Virus record (IMG/VR): IMGVR_UViG_3300028840_006907
Span: 288,001-352,000 of that record
DNA length: 64,000 nucleotides
Direction: 5' to 3' (one strand)
DNA from: a virus
Notes under the pieces: generated by a model
The model's input: only the letters and a program-made list of their open reading frames with translations
The model's database searches: none
Told to the model about the DNA's origin: nothing
Shown here: piece after piece, positions 28,486 through 39,084 of the stretch
Position numbering within the stretch: position 1 is the stretch's first letter
Layout: each line of letters begins with the position of its first letter
Made by a program: the position numbers and the translations under genes

Positions 28486-29545
28486 AGTTATCTCCGTAAC
28501 ATTCTATTATTTGATGTATTATCTTATTTTTTGCCTCATTAGCACATTGATGTGTACAAGATATGTCAGGTCTAAAATTTTGAAAGAAATTTTCTGTATC
28601 TCGTGAGAACCAGGTTTCACTGAATTTTTTATTTTTAATGGATCCTACCAATCCTTTTGGAGAATAAGCCATATTGTGACAAGTATAGATATTGAGATCA
28701 GCTCCAATTACAGGTACTATTAACGAGAAGAAACATTTTTTGTATTCTCTTTTATTTACCATAGGAGATATATTGTAACTGTCAAAAACATCAATACCTT
28801 CAATTTGACTAGCATATATAGTATCCAATTGTTCTCTTACTTGATATTTAATGGTATTGTGATAGTTATAAAAATCAGGAACCCACACCGGGGAGAATCG
28901 TATATTATCTACACCCATTTTATGTACAAGTTGAAAAGCTTCTATTAAGAATTCACAATTTTCTTTTGTTATGATATAGTTGACCCCGAGATTACAGGAA
29001 CTTTCTTTTTTTGAAAAGTTAAGAACATTTTCTACTATTTGATGAAACATTTTAGGGGATGCTTTTCTCGATTCGATAAAACTTTTTTCATCCCAGTAAT
29101 CGATAGAAACTCTAATCCATTTAGCATGAGTCATAATATCAGCTATGTTTCCACTGAGGAATTGACCATTTGTTAATATGGAAAGATCTATTTTACACTC
29201 AAGAGTTTTTTCAAGTATTTTCTCAATACCTTTATGAATTAATGGCTCTCCTCCACCAGAATAGGTAATAGCTTTAACACCAATGTCTTGAAGATCCTCT
29301 AATATTTCCATCATCTTTTCTGTGGGAATTTCATCCACTCTTTTCATATCGTCATGCATTTTAGAAAAGGAATAGTTGTACACACAGAAGTAACAATTAT
29401 GACAACATCTATTGGTAGGTTTTATTCTGACATAGATAGGAGAAGTTACAACATCATTTCGAAACGATTTCAATTTATCAGGAAACCACACTATTTTATA
29501 GTTGTTGTATTTATTATTCATTGTCATAGAAACCTCGTGTTTCAA
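28478..29545 (-). CDS. radical SAM enzyme
   Basis: CxxxCxxC cluster in CCHNCYFC near N-terminus; glycine-rich SAM region YSGGGEP. Confidence 0.85.
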   Translation of the reverse strand: MKHEVSMTMNNKYNNYKIVWFPDKLKSFRNDVVTSPIYVRIKPTNRCCHNCYFCVYNYSFSKMHDDMKRVDEIPTEKMMEILEDLQDIGVKAITYSGGGEPLIHKGIEKILEKTLECKIDLSILTNGQFLSGNIADIMTHAKWIRVSIDYWDEKSFIESRKASPKMFHQIVENVLNFSKKESSCNLGVNYIITKENCEFLIEAFQLVHKMGVDNIRFSPVWVPDFYNYHNTIKYQVREQLDTIYASQIEGIDVFDSYNISPMVNKREYKKCFFSLIVPVIGADLNIYTCHNMAYSPKGLVGSIKNKKFSETWFSRDTENFFQNFRPDISCTHQCANEAKNKIIHQIIECYGDNYV

Positions 29546-30038
29546 TTAGCATCATAGAGGTTTCCCATTTTGCTGCCTCTTTATAATGGTATAAAATTTC
29601 TTCTGAGTTATTTAATCTGATAACAGGAAAATCTACCATTTTCGATACAGCTTCAGTATGGTCCTGGACATGAGTTATGCAACTATATAAAGGTTTTTCT
29701 TTTTTCCCAATGACAACTCTTATAATCACTTTAGGATCGTAATCACCGTTTGACATAACTTTTATTTTGTCTAAATGATTTACTATTGAATCTAGTGCAT
29801 TTAAAACAAAATCAAATCGTTCAAAATAAACAATTGGTTTGTATCCTCTGATGCTCATTCCTATGGCCATTCCTGCCATTAAGTTCTCGGCTACAGGTGT
29901 TTCGATTAATTGAGATTCCGGAACATCAATTAAGGTATTAGCTGCTCTAGTGTATTTTGTATTATATCCTATAAATACTGTTTTTTCTTGTTTAGCCAAT
30001 TCATTCATCGAGTATTTAAGAGCATCTATATATCGCAT
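29514..30038 (-). CDS. transketolase C-terminal / E1-beta-like subunit
   Basis: ETPVAENLMAGMAIGMSIRGYKPIVYFERFDF resembles pyrimidine-binding domain of split transketolases. Confidence 0.5.
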   Translation of the reverse strand: MRYIDALKYSMNELAKQEKTVFIGYNTKYTRAANTLIDVPESQLIETPVAENLMAGMAIGMSIRGYKPIVYFERFDFVLNALDSIVNHLDKIKVMSNGDYDPKVIIRVVIGKKEKPLYSCITHVQDHTEAVSKMVDFPVIRLNNSEEILYHYKEAAKWETSMMLIETRGFYDNE

Positions 30039-30656
30039 CTATTTAACCTTTTCTTTTGGTGTAATAATCAGATAACCTTGGTCTCGGTAATCTTTTGTGA
30101 CATCGTGTGTCTCTTTAAACATTTCAACAATGTAATTAGTACCATTTAAACCGTATTTAGGTCTGAAGTATCTGTAACGTGCTATTAAATTACCTGTTTC
30201 AAATGGCCCATCTTCATGATGATTTAGATCATCAATAATCATGACGTCTTTACCTTTTCGATATTTTTTTATCATTTCGAGTTCTAAGTTTAAAGGAAAT
30301 TTCAATCTTTTTGGAAGATCTTCATCATAGTGATGTCCATCTATCTGAAAGTCAGCTCCGGGAAAATGAGCATCTAAAAAGAAAAGAACTACATCAGTTT
30401 CTTTAACTTCATTTTTAAATAGTGATTCGAGTCCTACTGGAGATTCACAATTCAAAAAATTAATTCGTGGGTCTACAATATTTTTTGAGGTTTCATTGAA
30501 AAGTTTTTCGATAATTTCAATAGAGTGTATTTTTTCAAAAGGAAATCCTAATGCATATGTTACTCCTTCTCCTTTTCCCGTACCTGTCTCTATCATAATA
30601 TTGCATCCGTAATCTCTGATATACTCATCAAGTTTATGCTTGTTTAGAGTTCCCAT
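30039..30656 (-). CDS. putative methyltransferase-like protein (paralogue of 32001-32615)
   Basis: IETGTGKGEG and FFLDAHFPGADF shared with paralogue. Confidence 0.4.
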   Translation of the reverse strand: MGTLNKHKLDEYIRDYGCNIMIETGTGKGEGVTYALGFPFEKIHSIEIIEKLFNETSKNIVDPRINFLNCESPVGLESLFKNEVKETDVVLFFLDAHFPGADFQIDGHHYDEDLPKRLKFPLNLELEMIKKYRKGKDVMIIDDLNHHEDGPFETGNLIARYRYFRPKYGLNGTNYIVEMFKETHDVTKDYRDQGYLIITPKEKVK

Positions 30657-31513
30657 TATATTTCCCTTTGGTTAAAGTTTGGTGTATAAAATTGTTGAAT
30701 CGCTTTATAATCATGTGGTAAAAAGTATTTCTTTATCCATGTATATGTAGGCATTCTATTGTAGATATTTTGATCATGAGTTTTTATGAATAATTTATGA
30801 GGAGGAAGTACTTTACAACATAAAATAGCACAGAAAGAATCGCACCCAACATAATAACCTGCGTATTTTGACAGGGCTATTATTGAAGTTAAAGGAATGT
30901 CTTTTGGGGCTATGAAATGATTTAAAGTAGGTGCAACAGGTGTGTCTGAAATAATGAGAACCTTTAAGCCAGTCTTTATTGACAGGTTATTTATAAATTC
31001 CCAATCATCATTATTGATAACCGCTATATCACTTCGTGGTCTTGAAGAGGTTGGATAGTGCATTAAGATATATTTAAAAGGTTCTATTTTTAATCCATTC
31101 CAATCAATATCATCAACACTAGCGCTCATTAAAAATGATGACCCTTGAAAAGTTCTATTGGTATCCATTATCATTGGTACCATGTCTACGGGACGTACAT
31201 CATCTTCAGGTTTTATATTAAGTAATTCTTTTCCTATTGTGTAATCAGGTTCGATGTCAGATCTAAAATGCCAGAAGGTATCTTTTATCGGGCTAGATTG
31301 AAAGGTCCTTCTCATATTTTTTCTACCTACTTCTTCATCTATGAAGTGATGCTTTTTTACTCTGTAATAGATATTATGATCAATTATAGGAGCTATGCAT
31401 TTCCCAAATCTGCATGGCCAGTATATTTCAGTTATAGATTCTCTTTCTTTTTGAGTCATTAAAGCATCGATACACATCATATCTCCGATGCCGACAGAGA
31501 AGTAAATTTTCAT
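30656..31513 (-). CDS. hypothetical protein (possible GT-B-type glycosyltransferase)
   Basis: N-terminal GIGD motif as in 32624 ORF; weak. Confidence 0.45.
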   Translation of the reverse strand: MKIYFSVGIGDMMCIDALMTQKERESITEIYWPCRFGKCIAPIIDHNIYYRVKKHHFIDEEVGRKNMRRTFQSSPIKDTFWHFRSDIEPDYTIGKELLNIKPEDDVRPVDMVPMIMDTNRTFQGSSFLMSASVDDIDWNGLKIEPFKYILMHYPTSSRPRSDIAVINNDDWEFINNLSIKTGLKVLIISDTPVAPTLNHFIAPKDIPLTSIIALSKYAGYYVGCDSFCAILCCKVLPPHKLFIKTHDQNIYNRMPTYTWIKKYFLPHDYKAIQQFYTPNFNQREI

Positions 31514-32001
31514 TATTTTTCTCCAAAAATCATAAATGAGTGAAATAGGTCCCTTTCGGAAGCATAAATATTTTTATAGCCTTTGTTTTTCATGTAATCT
31601 TGGATAATTTTAGGTGTAAAGATATGCCTATGTTTTCTATTGTTCCATGGCCTCCAATATTCTTGTTCATAATGAGGAAGGTATAAGAACAATATCCCTC
31701 CTTCTTTTAAAATTTCATACCAATAATCCATGGCATCTATCCAGTTTTCGATATGTTCTAAGCAATGACTTGAGAAGACATAATCGACATCTTTCTTTGG
31801 TAAATTTAAAGCATGATACCCATCATCGAAGATTAGGTCAATAGGAATAGCTCCAGGTAAAGCCCAGGATCCTTTTCTGCATCCTATGTCATAACCTGTA
31901 CCTTTACATAATTGTTGGGCATAAGGTATAGCGAATTTGGCTGCATAACCTTCTGCTTGAAAATGGGGGTAAAATTTATTATTGAATTCTATTAATTCCA
32001 T
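31513..32001 (-). CDS. class I SAM-dependent methyltransferase
   Basis: GYDIGCRKG motif I and VFSSHCLEHI ... LKEGGILFL. Confidence 0.65.
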   Translation of the reverse strand: MELIEFNNKFYPHFQAEGYAAKFAIPYAQQLCKGTGYDIGCRKGSWALPGAIPIDLIFDDGYHALNLPKKDVDYVFSSHCLEHIENWIDAMDYWYEILKEGGILFLYLPHYEQEYWRPWNNRKHRHIFTPKIIQDYMKNKGYKNIYASERDLFHSFMIFGEK

Positions 32002-32615
32002 TATTCCTCTCGTTTTGGTGTTATTATCATATATCCTTGTGATTGGAAATCTCTAGTAAGAGAATGTGTCTTTCCGAATGCATCAAAAAGGAATTTTGAT
32101 CCGGAGGTAGGAGATATTTCATGGGCTAAAGTATTCGGTCCATCTGTAAAGGGGCCACTCTCATAAAGGCGTAAATCATCAGTTATAATTATATCATTTG
32201 TGACATCTTTTAAAGATGTGATTACTTCTACTTCTTTCTCACATGGGAGTCTCGTATTATAATCAGGTTCACTATTATAATAGGTATAATGGAAGTCAGC
32301 TCCTGGGAAATGAGCATCTAAAAAGAACAGTGTGTTGCCTTTCAAGTCCTTTATGATTTCGGGCAGAATTTTAAATGAGTTACCGTGATAAATTTTACAA
32401 TTTTTCCCTTTTTCTTTTGATAGAGCATCAAATTTTTTTACTGCTTTTTTATATATCTGATCATAAATCTCTATTGAATAAAAATTTTCAAAGGAATAAT
32501 TTAATGCATATTCCAAGCAATCACCTTCACCGGTACCAGTTTCAACATAATTTTTGAGGTTAAACGATTTAATCCATTTTTCCATTTCTGTAATAACTTG
32601 ATTTATGTGTCCCAT
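32001..32615 (-). CDS. putative methyltransferase-like protein (paralogue of 30039-30656)
   Basis: VETGTGEGDC and FFLDAHFPGADF. Confidence 0.4.
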   Translation of the reverse strand: MGHINQVITEMEKWIKSFNLKNYVETGTGEGDCLEYALNYSFENFYSIEIYDQIYKKAVKKFDALSKEKGKNCKIYHGNSFKILPEIIKDLKGNTLFFLDAHFPGADFHYTYYNSEPDYNTRLPCEKEVEVITSLKDVTNDIIITDDLRLYESGPFTDGPNTLAHEISPTSGSKFLFDAFGKTHSLTRDFQSQGYMIITPKREE

Positions 32616-32623
32616 TTAATTCC

Positions 32624-33286
32624 TTATCTATAATTGTAATTGACTTTGAATAAGTCTTTGAGGTGGTAATAGTTCTTTGGTCCCCATCTTGAAAAGAGAT
32701 CAATCTTTTTTGCCTTTAAAGTAAGCTTTTCCATTATGTAATTAAACACTGTATCGATTAATTGAATCTCTTCAGCATTTTCAATTACTTTGGACCAATC
32801 AATTACATTAAAACCTTCATAAAGAGTATTATCTATTATTCTTAAATTAGTGGTAATTGGTATGGGAAAACATTTACTATGAGGAGGAGTACCATAATGA
32901 ATATTTCTAAAGACATATCTCTCATTATCTTTTAAACCTAGTATTTTATAATAAAGTTCATTTTCTTTCTTAGGGAATCTTTTAAAATTAAAGTAATTGG
33001 TCCAATCCCTGTGATCCAGTCCTACTAATTTATACTTTCCTTCCATGATAGGACCTGGAATTATTTGATCCGCATTTTGTAGATCTACATAGAGGTCTAT
33101 ATTATCGGGTTGGCCAAGAGGTACGAATTCGACTCCTGGGCTTATGAGGTAATCATTATACCATAAAAATTCTTTTCTGACGGGCCATTTTACTTGATAG
33201 CCTTGGTGCACAAAGTGCTGACCAATTTTTTGACAGAAAAAGACATCTCCAATGCCAGCCGGTTGATTTATTACGCATAGTTTCAT
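32624..33286 (-). CDS. hypothetical protein
   Basis: ORF in operon; N-terminal PAGIGDVFF motif. Confidence 0.45.
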   Translation of the reverse strand: MKLCVINQPAGIGDVFFCQKIGQHFVHQGYQVKWPVRKEFLWYNDYLISPGVEFVPLGQPDNIDLYVDLQNADQIIPGPIMEGKYKLVGLDHRDWTNYFNFKRFPKKENELYYKILGLKDNERYVFRNIHYGTPPHSKCFPIPITTNLRIIDNTLYEGFNVIDWSKVIENAEEIQLIDTVFNYIMEKLTLKAKKIDLFSRWGPKNYYHLKDLFKVNYNYR

Positions 33287-34090
33287 TTATCCAATAATAT
33301 CCTTTAAGTATTTGTCGTATAAGATATCTTCAATTATGTCATACTGTAAGGCAATTTTGAAATTATTCTCAATATATTCCATCAAGGAATAATACAATTC
33401 AGGGGATAAATCCGATACATCAAAGTCATCTTTTAATGTTATGATACCACGACTATCAAAAAACTCTCCTACATCGGGACTCCCATGATATACTGGAACT
33501 GTACCAGTAGTAAAACAGTCCAATATTTTTTCAGTCCAGTAAGTTTCATATTGTGAATTTTCAATTGTAACGGAGAACATGTAATCTACCAGAGCAATTT
33601 CTTTTTTCTCTATTTCATTAAACCCTCTGCCGTAAAGATCTAATTTATCTCTTAATTTATTTACCCATGCTAGTCTGAAATTATGGCCAGCACACATCCT
33701 TTTAGCAGAACTCATCATTGAGGCTAATTTAGTCTTCTTATAAATTTTAGGTTCCTTTATCCAGTACCCGTGAGAGGTGATGTAATGGAAATTATCTGCA
33801 AGGCTGTAGATTCTTTTGTCATGGGTAAATAGGAGAGGATAGGATTCTGAAATTTCTTTTGCATGGGCTATTATGTTGTCTATTACATTAGGAATAATTG
33901 AACTGGATTCTACTACCCAGGCAATTTTATTCGTTTTATTATTTATGTTCGGAACTATTTGTTCATCTACGAAAAAAGTCAGATCTTCTTGTTTACCTTT
34001 AGACCAATCAAAGTACGTAGGTTTTTTCCATAGTGTAGAAGAATAAGCATGTTGGAACCAACCACCTATAAGTCCTATTTTCTTTTTCAT
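33287..34090 (-). CDS. putative fucosyltransferase-like glycosyltransferase (GT10-like)
   Basis: YMFSVTIENSQYETYWTEKILDCFTTGTVPVYHG resembles the GT10 alpha-1,3-fucosyltransferase motif (FENS...YxTEK...G.VPVV). Confidence 0.5.
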   Translation of the reverse strand: MKKKIGLIGGWFQHAYSSTLWKKPTYFDWSKGKQEDLTFFVDEQIVPNINNKTNKIAWVVESSSIIPNVIDNIIAHAKEISESYPLLFTHDKRIYSLADNFHYITSHGYWIKEPKIYKKTKLASMMSSAKRMCAGHNFRLAWVNKLRDKLDLYGRGFNEIEKKEIALVDYMFSVTIENSQYETYWTEKILDCFTTGTVPVYHGSPDVGEFFDSRGIITLKDDFDVSDLSPELYYSLMEYIENNFKIALQYDIIEDILYDKYLKDIIG

Positions 34091-34710
34091 TACAGACCGC
34101 CCTTGATATAGAATGCATCACCCCATGTCCCTCCATCCCATGTGGTCTCAGCTCTTTCAAAACCGTATTTTGAAAGGAAAGAATCCAACTCAGTTACCAT
34201 GCAACAATTTTCATAGACTTGATCACGATTTACTTCAGCAATGATATAGTCAATCTTTCTTAATGTCTCTGTGCCCCCTTTAAAAACTTCCAGCTCAAAT
34301 CCCTGGACATCAATATTAATGAGGTTGCTAAAATCAGAAAAATAAAAGTTGTCTAATTTTTCTACTCTTATCTCATCCGATTCTTCAAACTTAATATGTG
34401 GGTACTGTCTTAAATGTATCAGTGGTTTTAATAAGGAGCTAGATTCTCCTTGATTGGATGATTTATAGAAAGTCTTAAAACATTCTTCCGGACCTAAAGC
34501 AATGTTATAAATTCTTACTCTAGAGTCGTCTTTGATATTCTCGTATAGTACTTTAAAGGAATCTGGATCGGGTTCGAAAAAGTTCATCTCTTTTATTGAA
34601 TCATATTTTATATAAATTTTATATTCTTCCCCATAATGGGCTCCTATATGAATGATCCCAGTAACATTCATGTCGTATTTGTTTATTAATCTATCGAAAT
34701 CAAGTAGCAT
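34090..34710 (-). CDS. FkbM-family methyltransferase-like protein
   Basis: GIIHIGAHYGEE resembles FkbM motif; weak. Confidence 0.45.
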   Translation of the reverse strand: MLLDFDRLINKYDMNVTGIIHIGAHYGEEYKIYIKYDSIKEMNFFEPDPDSFKVLYENIKDDSRVRIYNIALGPEECFKTFYKSSNQGESSSLLKPLIHLRQYPHIKFEESDEIRVEKLDNFYFSDFSNLINIDVQGFELEVFKGGTETLRKIDYIIAEVNRDQVYENCCMVTELDSFLSKYGFERAETTWDGGTWGDAFYIKGGL

Positions 34711-36765
34711 TTAATCCTCCCACTTAAGTTCAATCTCTTGATGTGGGGAAATATTTTTTACCCCTTTAATATTTCTGATAGATAGTTTACGGCCTTCCAA
34801 ATATTTCTGATTAAATTCTCCTGCTGAAATATTACCATGTCTGTTAGGGTAAGCTCCAACAAGATTTACAGGTATATTAACAATTTTAGATTCGTCATAA
34901 CAGAGCATCATAGGTCTTTCTGGAATCTGTTTCATAAGAGCATCTTCGAAAGTATTAGGATTGTTATAGGTACCGTTTTTTATTGCACTCATTAAATCAG
35001 GTGTACGATAGATATTTCCATCAACACTCATGGGATACCCCCAATCCCCGGCATAATTTTTCCATTCCCATTTATTTTCTGAAGAAAGATCGGGAGGCGG
35101 AGATGGTATGTTTTGGGGATAACAGAAATTGATCCTAGAGCATAATCTCAAAGAGATGCTTAAGATCTCATCTGGATTTAATTTGTCAAAGTCATTTCTT
35201 AATTTGTACGGTTCTTTGAATACAATGTCATCAACTAAAAACATTGTATATTCTTTTTCGGTATTTACAGCATTTATAACTGAATCTTTAAAATCATTAG
35301 TTTGTTTATAAAAGTAGAATCCTGGATGATCTGAGATAACTTTATCATAACCAGCTTTAAAATCATCGTTACTGTATGTCCATATAATAGTTATTTTGAA
35401 TTCGTACCAGTTTTCCCAAAGTTCCTTTATACTTCTTAATAATAAATCTAGTTGACATGCCCGATCTTTACTGAAAATAACAACATTCATATTTTTTAGT
35501 CTTTTATAGGGAGGTCTTTGGAAGATCCCATGAGCACAGTCCCTCTGTGTAGACCCTCTTTTATGGTCATTGACATCACTTTCAGTATTATAGATGTAGT
35601 TAAATGAAGTTAATAATTTAGCGTGTGAAGGACCTGCCATTTCGAGCATGGGTATCATGAATGACAAATCTCCTGCCATATGCCAGAAAGTGTCACCAGA
35701 GATAAAATCTCTTTTATCTATTTTTCTAAACAGCCATGTTTTAAAGGTCCTTAAATGAGTGGCTCTCCAGTCGGTGGTTTTTCTGAGAAGGTCCCAATTG
35801 GGCATTTTTGCCCATCCATCTCGTTCACCTCTTCCATTATATTCTCTAAATTGTCCGAATGAGATCCAGGTATCCGGGTCTTTATAAGCTTCAAGGACTC
35901 TTTCAAAAACCTTATTGTCATCTGGTAGCCAGTCATCTCCATCAATATTTATACAAATATCTTGATTATTAATTTCGGGTCTATGTAAAGTATGATAATA
36001 ATTTCCGCTGACATATCTTTTTTCGGTATTATTTATAATAACAAATCGATCATCTCCGTAAGTATGCCTTTCAATAAAATCAAGACTGTTATCTGTAGAT
36101 AGGTCATTACAGATATAACATTTCCAGTTTCTTACTGATTGGTTTTTTATACTGTTGATACATCGGATAATGTATTTACCTGCATTCCAACATGGAGTGA
36201 CAATTCGTAATGTATTTTTTTCTTCTTGATATTCTTGTAACACTTTGACTTCAGGTTTGGTCTCTTCTTTTTGGATACTCTTTTTTCGAACAACAATTTC
36301 GAAGGACCATTCTCCGTACATTTTTAAGTCGTAACGTTCATGATGGATAAGTTCTACACCACCTATTTTTTGAAGAATTTCCCAGAGATCTTCCCAGCCA
36401 AAATGATGGATATGTTTTTTGTTACATCTTGGATCATCTAATGGATGATAATATTCTTTGTCTACTTGGTAGAGGACTAGATATCCATCATCTTTGAGTA
36501 TTCTGAGCCACTCTCTGAGGGTTGCTTCGGTATCATATATTTCTTCCAATAAATGACTGGAATAGACATAATCAAAATGTTTATCAGGGTAGCAGGGCAT
36601 GAGACGGGCGTCTATGGGCATGTCTGCGAAAGGACTTAAAAGATCTATCCCTATAGCATCAATTTTTATTTTTGTATTACCACAGCCTAAGTCAACTCCT
36701 TGACCTTGACAGTATTTGAGTAATCTATTTCTGCAATTATCTGTTTCTCCTTTATGTCTTTCCAT
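34711..36765 (-). CDS. multidomain methyltransferase-glycosyltransferase (class I MT / GT2 / C-terminal GT-A-like)
   Basis: N-terminal GVDLGCGN ... LKDDGYLVLY; central GT2 RIVTPCWNAGKYI...CNDLSTDNS; C-terminal region with FLVDDIVF. Confidence 0.8.
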   Translation of the reverse strand: MERHKGETDNCRNRLLKYCQGQGVDLGCGNTKIKIDAIGIDLLSPFADMPIDARLMPCYPDKHFDYVYSSHLLEEIYDTEATLREWLRILKDDGYLVLYQVDKEYYHPLDDPRCNKKHIHHFGWEDLWEILQKIGGVELIHHERYDLKMYGEWSFEIVVRKKSIQKEETKPEVKVLQEYQEEKNTLRIVTPCWNAGKYIIRCINSIKNQSVRNWKCYICNDLSTDNSLDFIERHTYGDDRFVIINNTEKRYVSGNYYHTLHRPEINNQDICINIDGDDWLPDDNKVFERVLEAYKDPDTWISFGQFREYNGRGERDGWAKMPNWDLLRKTTDWRATHLRTFKTWLFRKIDKRDFISGDTFWHMAGDLSFMIPMLEMAGPSHAKLLTSFNYIYNTESDVNDHKRGSTQRDCAHGIFQRPPYKRLKNMNVVIFSKDRACQLDLLLRSIKELWENWYEFKITIIWTYSNDDFKAGYDKVISDHPGFYFYKQTNDFKDSVINAVNTEKEYTMFLVDDIVFKEPYKLRNDFDKLNPDEILSISLRLCSRINFCYPQNIPSPPPDLSSENKWEWKNYAGDWGYPMSVDGNIYRTPDLMSAIKNGTYNNPNTFEDALMKQIPERPMMLCYDESKIVNIPVNLVGAYPNRHGNISAGEFNQKYLEGRKLSIRNIKGVKNISPHQEIELKWED

Positions 36766-36788
36766 TTTATTCCTCTAATTTAAATATG

Positions 36789-37337
36789 TTATCTGTTATC
36801 TTTTACAATCTGTTCTAATTGAGCTATACGATTTTTTAACTCAGTATTTTCAGTTTTTAATTTTTCTAATTCTTTCTCTTCTTCAATTTCGGTGTCTTTT
36901 ATCATAATGGAAAGAATTTCAATTTCAGCAGGTTTAATAATTTCTGGAAAATGTTCGAAATTAATTAAATAGAAATCTATTTCGATTTCTTCCTCCAGAA
37001 TTGAGTTGATTTCAGTAAAGAGTTTTTCATATTTATTTTTTAAATCAATAAGTTCAATTTTGAATTGAGGATTTTCTGCAACACCTTTAAATTCTTCGTT
37101 CTCGATGATGGGGGCATTATTTTCGTCTCTATCCACATATTTGGCACAAAGGTTTAGTCTCTTTTCTTCAAATTCATTTAAATCTTTTTGAAGGTTATCT
37201 AATATTTCGAGTTCTTCTTTTATCTTGTTTTTATTTTTTAATAAACCTAGTCCAAACCATTTGGATGCATCTATAATACTAACTCTTTGTATTGATTCGT
37301 TAATTTTTTTGATTTCTCCTCTTTTTATTTTAGCCAT
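36789..37337 (-). CDS. hypothetical coiled-coil protein
   Basis: Glu/Lys-rich heptad-like sequence. Confidence 0.5.
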   Translation of the reverse strand: MAKIKRGEIKKINESIQRVSIIDASKWFGLGLLKNKNKIKEELEILDNLQKDLNEFEEKRLNLCAKYVDRDENNAPIIENEEFKGVAENPQFKIELIDLKNKYEKLFTEINSILEEEIEIDFYLINFEHFPEIIKPAEIEILSIMIKDTEIEEEKELEKLKTENTELKNRIAQLEQIVKDNR

Positions 37338-37344
37338 TTTTTTC

Positions 37345-37842
37345 TCACTCTGTCCTTGTTATGTTGTAAACTTCAGTTTTTATCTTATCTAATTTTTTAA
37401 GAGTATCTTTTAAATTTTTCTCTATATCAAAGATTTCTTTCACAAATACTTCACTAGCGTTATATTGACCTTTTTTTATTTGCATTATAGCTATTTGTCT
37501 ATGTTCCGGTTCTGAAAGTACAAGAACGGTATTATCAGGAATTTTTCTTGAAATTATAACAGTAGCTCCCCACATATAACCCATAATACCATTTCTTATA
37601 GATTCTTTTCTTGTCTCCATATCAATTGAATCTTTACAAAATTTTCTAATATCAACATAAGATCTAGAATTCATTAAAACTTCATTTACTCTATTTTCAT
37701 GTTTTTCTATTTCTGCAAATCCATCAGCTAAAATATCGGGTATAAAATTAGGAATAGGGCTTTTAATAATTTTCCTAATATTTAATGACTTGATGAATTC
37801 TTCATATTCTATGTCTTTTAATTCTTTCGATAGGTATGCCAC
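37345..37842 (-). CDS. hypothetical protein
   Basis: ORF in operon. Confidence 0.5.
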   Translation of the reverse strand: MAYLSKELKDIEYEEFIKSLNIRKIIKSPIPNFIPDILADGFAEIEKHENRVNEVLMNSRSYVDIRKFCKDSIDMETRKESIRNGIMGYMWGATVIISRKIPDNTVLVLSEPEHRQIAIMQIKKGQYNASEVFVKEIFDIEKNLKDTLKKLDKIKTEVYNITRTE

Positions 37843-38393
37843 TATTCATCCCCTTTAAAGATAGTATCTAAAAGTGAACCTTTATTATCCGATAATATGC
37901 AATTTTCGAAATAGGTTTTGAAAGATAAAGCATTTATTAATCGTTGAAAATCGACTCTTATTATTTTAAAGAAATAGTCATAAGCACAAGATGGGCATAT
38001 ATGATATATTTCAGGTTTTCCAGAGTTTTCTGAAACAATATCATATTTAATACATGTACTCTTAGCAGGGATATTACATCCTTTGATAGAACATTTTTGA
38101 GCCCATTCAATTATCTCTATGAATACTCTTCCTTTTTCACCATTATAGAAATTTGTGTAGAAAGGATTTATTTTCATATAAGTAATAGGGAATATATTAT
38201 ATACAGTAAGAACCGTATGGGGCTCTTTCATTGTTGCATCGATATCTTCTGAATTTCGTGAAATATATAATTCAGAGTCACATTGCATAATTTCTTTAGC
38301 CTTATTTTTATCACTAGTGGCTATTACTACTCTGTATGAGAAATTCAAAAGATTATCAAAATATTTATCAGTTGTAAATACTTCTAAATTCAT
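37842..38393 (-). CDS. hypothetical Cys-containing protein
   Basis: ORF in operon; several Cys (CSIKGCNIPAKSTC ... CPSCAYDY). Confidence 0.5.
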   Translation of the reverse strand: MNLEVFTTDKYFDNLLNFSYRVVIATSDKNKAKEIMQCDSELYISRNSEDIDATMKEPHTVLTVYNIFPITYMKINPFYTNFYNGEKGRVFIEIIEWAQKCSIKGCNIPAKSTCIKYDIVSENSGKPEIYHICPSCAYDYFFKIIRVDFQRLINALSFKTYFENCILSDNKGSLLDTIFKGDE

Positions 38394-38731
38394 TATAATC
38401 CTAATCTTTTAATAGTATGAGCTATATTTGGGAAATCCTCTTTTAATATATTAAATTGATTTTTACTATATGCTTTGATTTCGGTTGCTTCAGGAGCTAT
38501 CCAAATTTGAGCACCCCATATTTTTGCACAACATCCTTTTTCAAAACGTTCCTTATTTTTTTCAAAATCAAAAAAATTGTATACTTCTCTTGCGTAAAAC
38601 CAGTCTTGTGGGCCTATAATTATATGATCAACTTCTTCTTTAGCGCTTCGTATTTTTGAAAATATCTGTCCAAAATATCCGATTATATCTTCTTCATTCA
38701 TTTTTTTTAAAATTGACATGTCTACTCCCAT
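38393..38731 (-). CDS. hypothetical protein (paralogue of 38722-39081)
   Basis: Shared C-terminal motif W..P..L..EATE.K.Y....F....DFPN. Confidence 0.5.
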   Translation of the reverse strand: MGVDMSILKKMNEEDIIGYFGQIFSKIRSAKEEVDHIIIGPQDWFYAREVYNFFDFEKNKERFEKGCCAKIWGAQIWIAPEATEIKAYSKNQFNILKEDFPNIAHTIKRLGL

Positions 38732-39081
38732 CGTACTTTTTGTAATAATAGATTGTTAGGGAAGTCTTTTTTCATATCACTGAAATTTCCTTCGTGGTAA
38801 ACTTTGACTTCAGTTGCTTCTTCAATTAATAATACAGGGGTTTTCCATAGGAAACCCACTAGTCCATCTTGAGAGTGTTCATGTTTTTCGATAGAGTCGG
38901 TGTCTAAATATTCTCTGATACCTGATAAGGATGTGAGATAATCCCAATCAATTCGATTTATTATCATATAGCGTGGTTTTTTCTCTTGTCTGATAAAGAG
39001 CAAAGAGATGTGATTAATTACTTTATTCTTTTTAGTATTTTTATTACCGGTTTTTCCAGCGATTTCTTTTAAGCTTGGCAT
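38722..39081 (-). CDS. hypothetical protein (paralogue of 38393-38731)
   Basis: See paralogue. Confidence 0.5.
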   Translation of the reverse strand: MPSLKEIAGKTGNKNTKKNKVINHISLLFIRQEKKPRYMIINRIDWDYLTSLSGIREYLDTDSIEKHEHSQDGLVGFLWKTPVLLIEEATEVKVYHEGNFSDMKKDFPNNLLLQKVRWE

Positions 39082-39084
39082 TTA

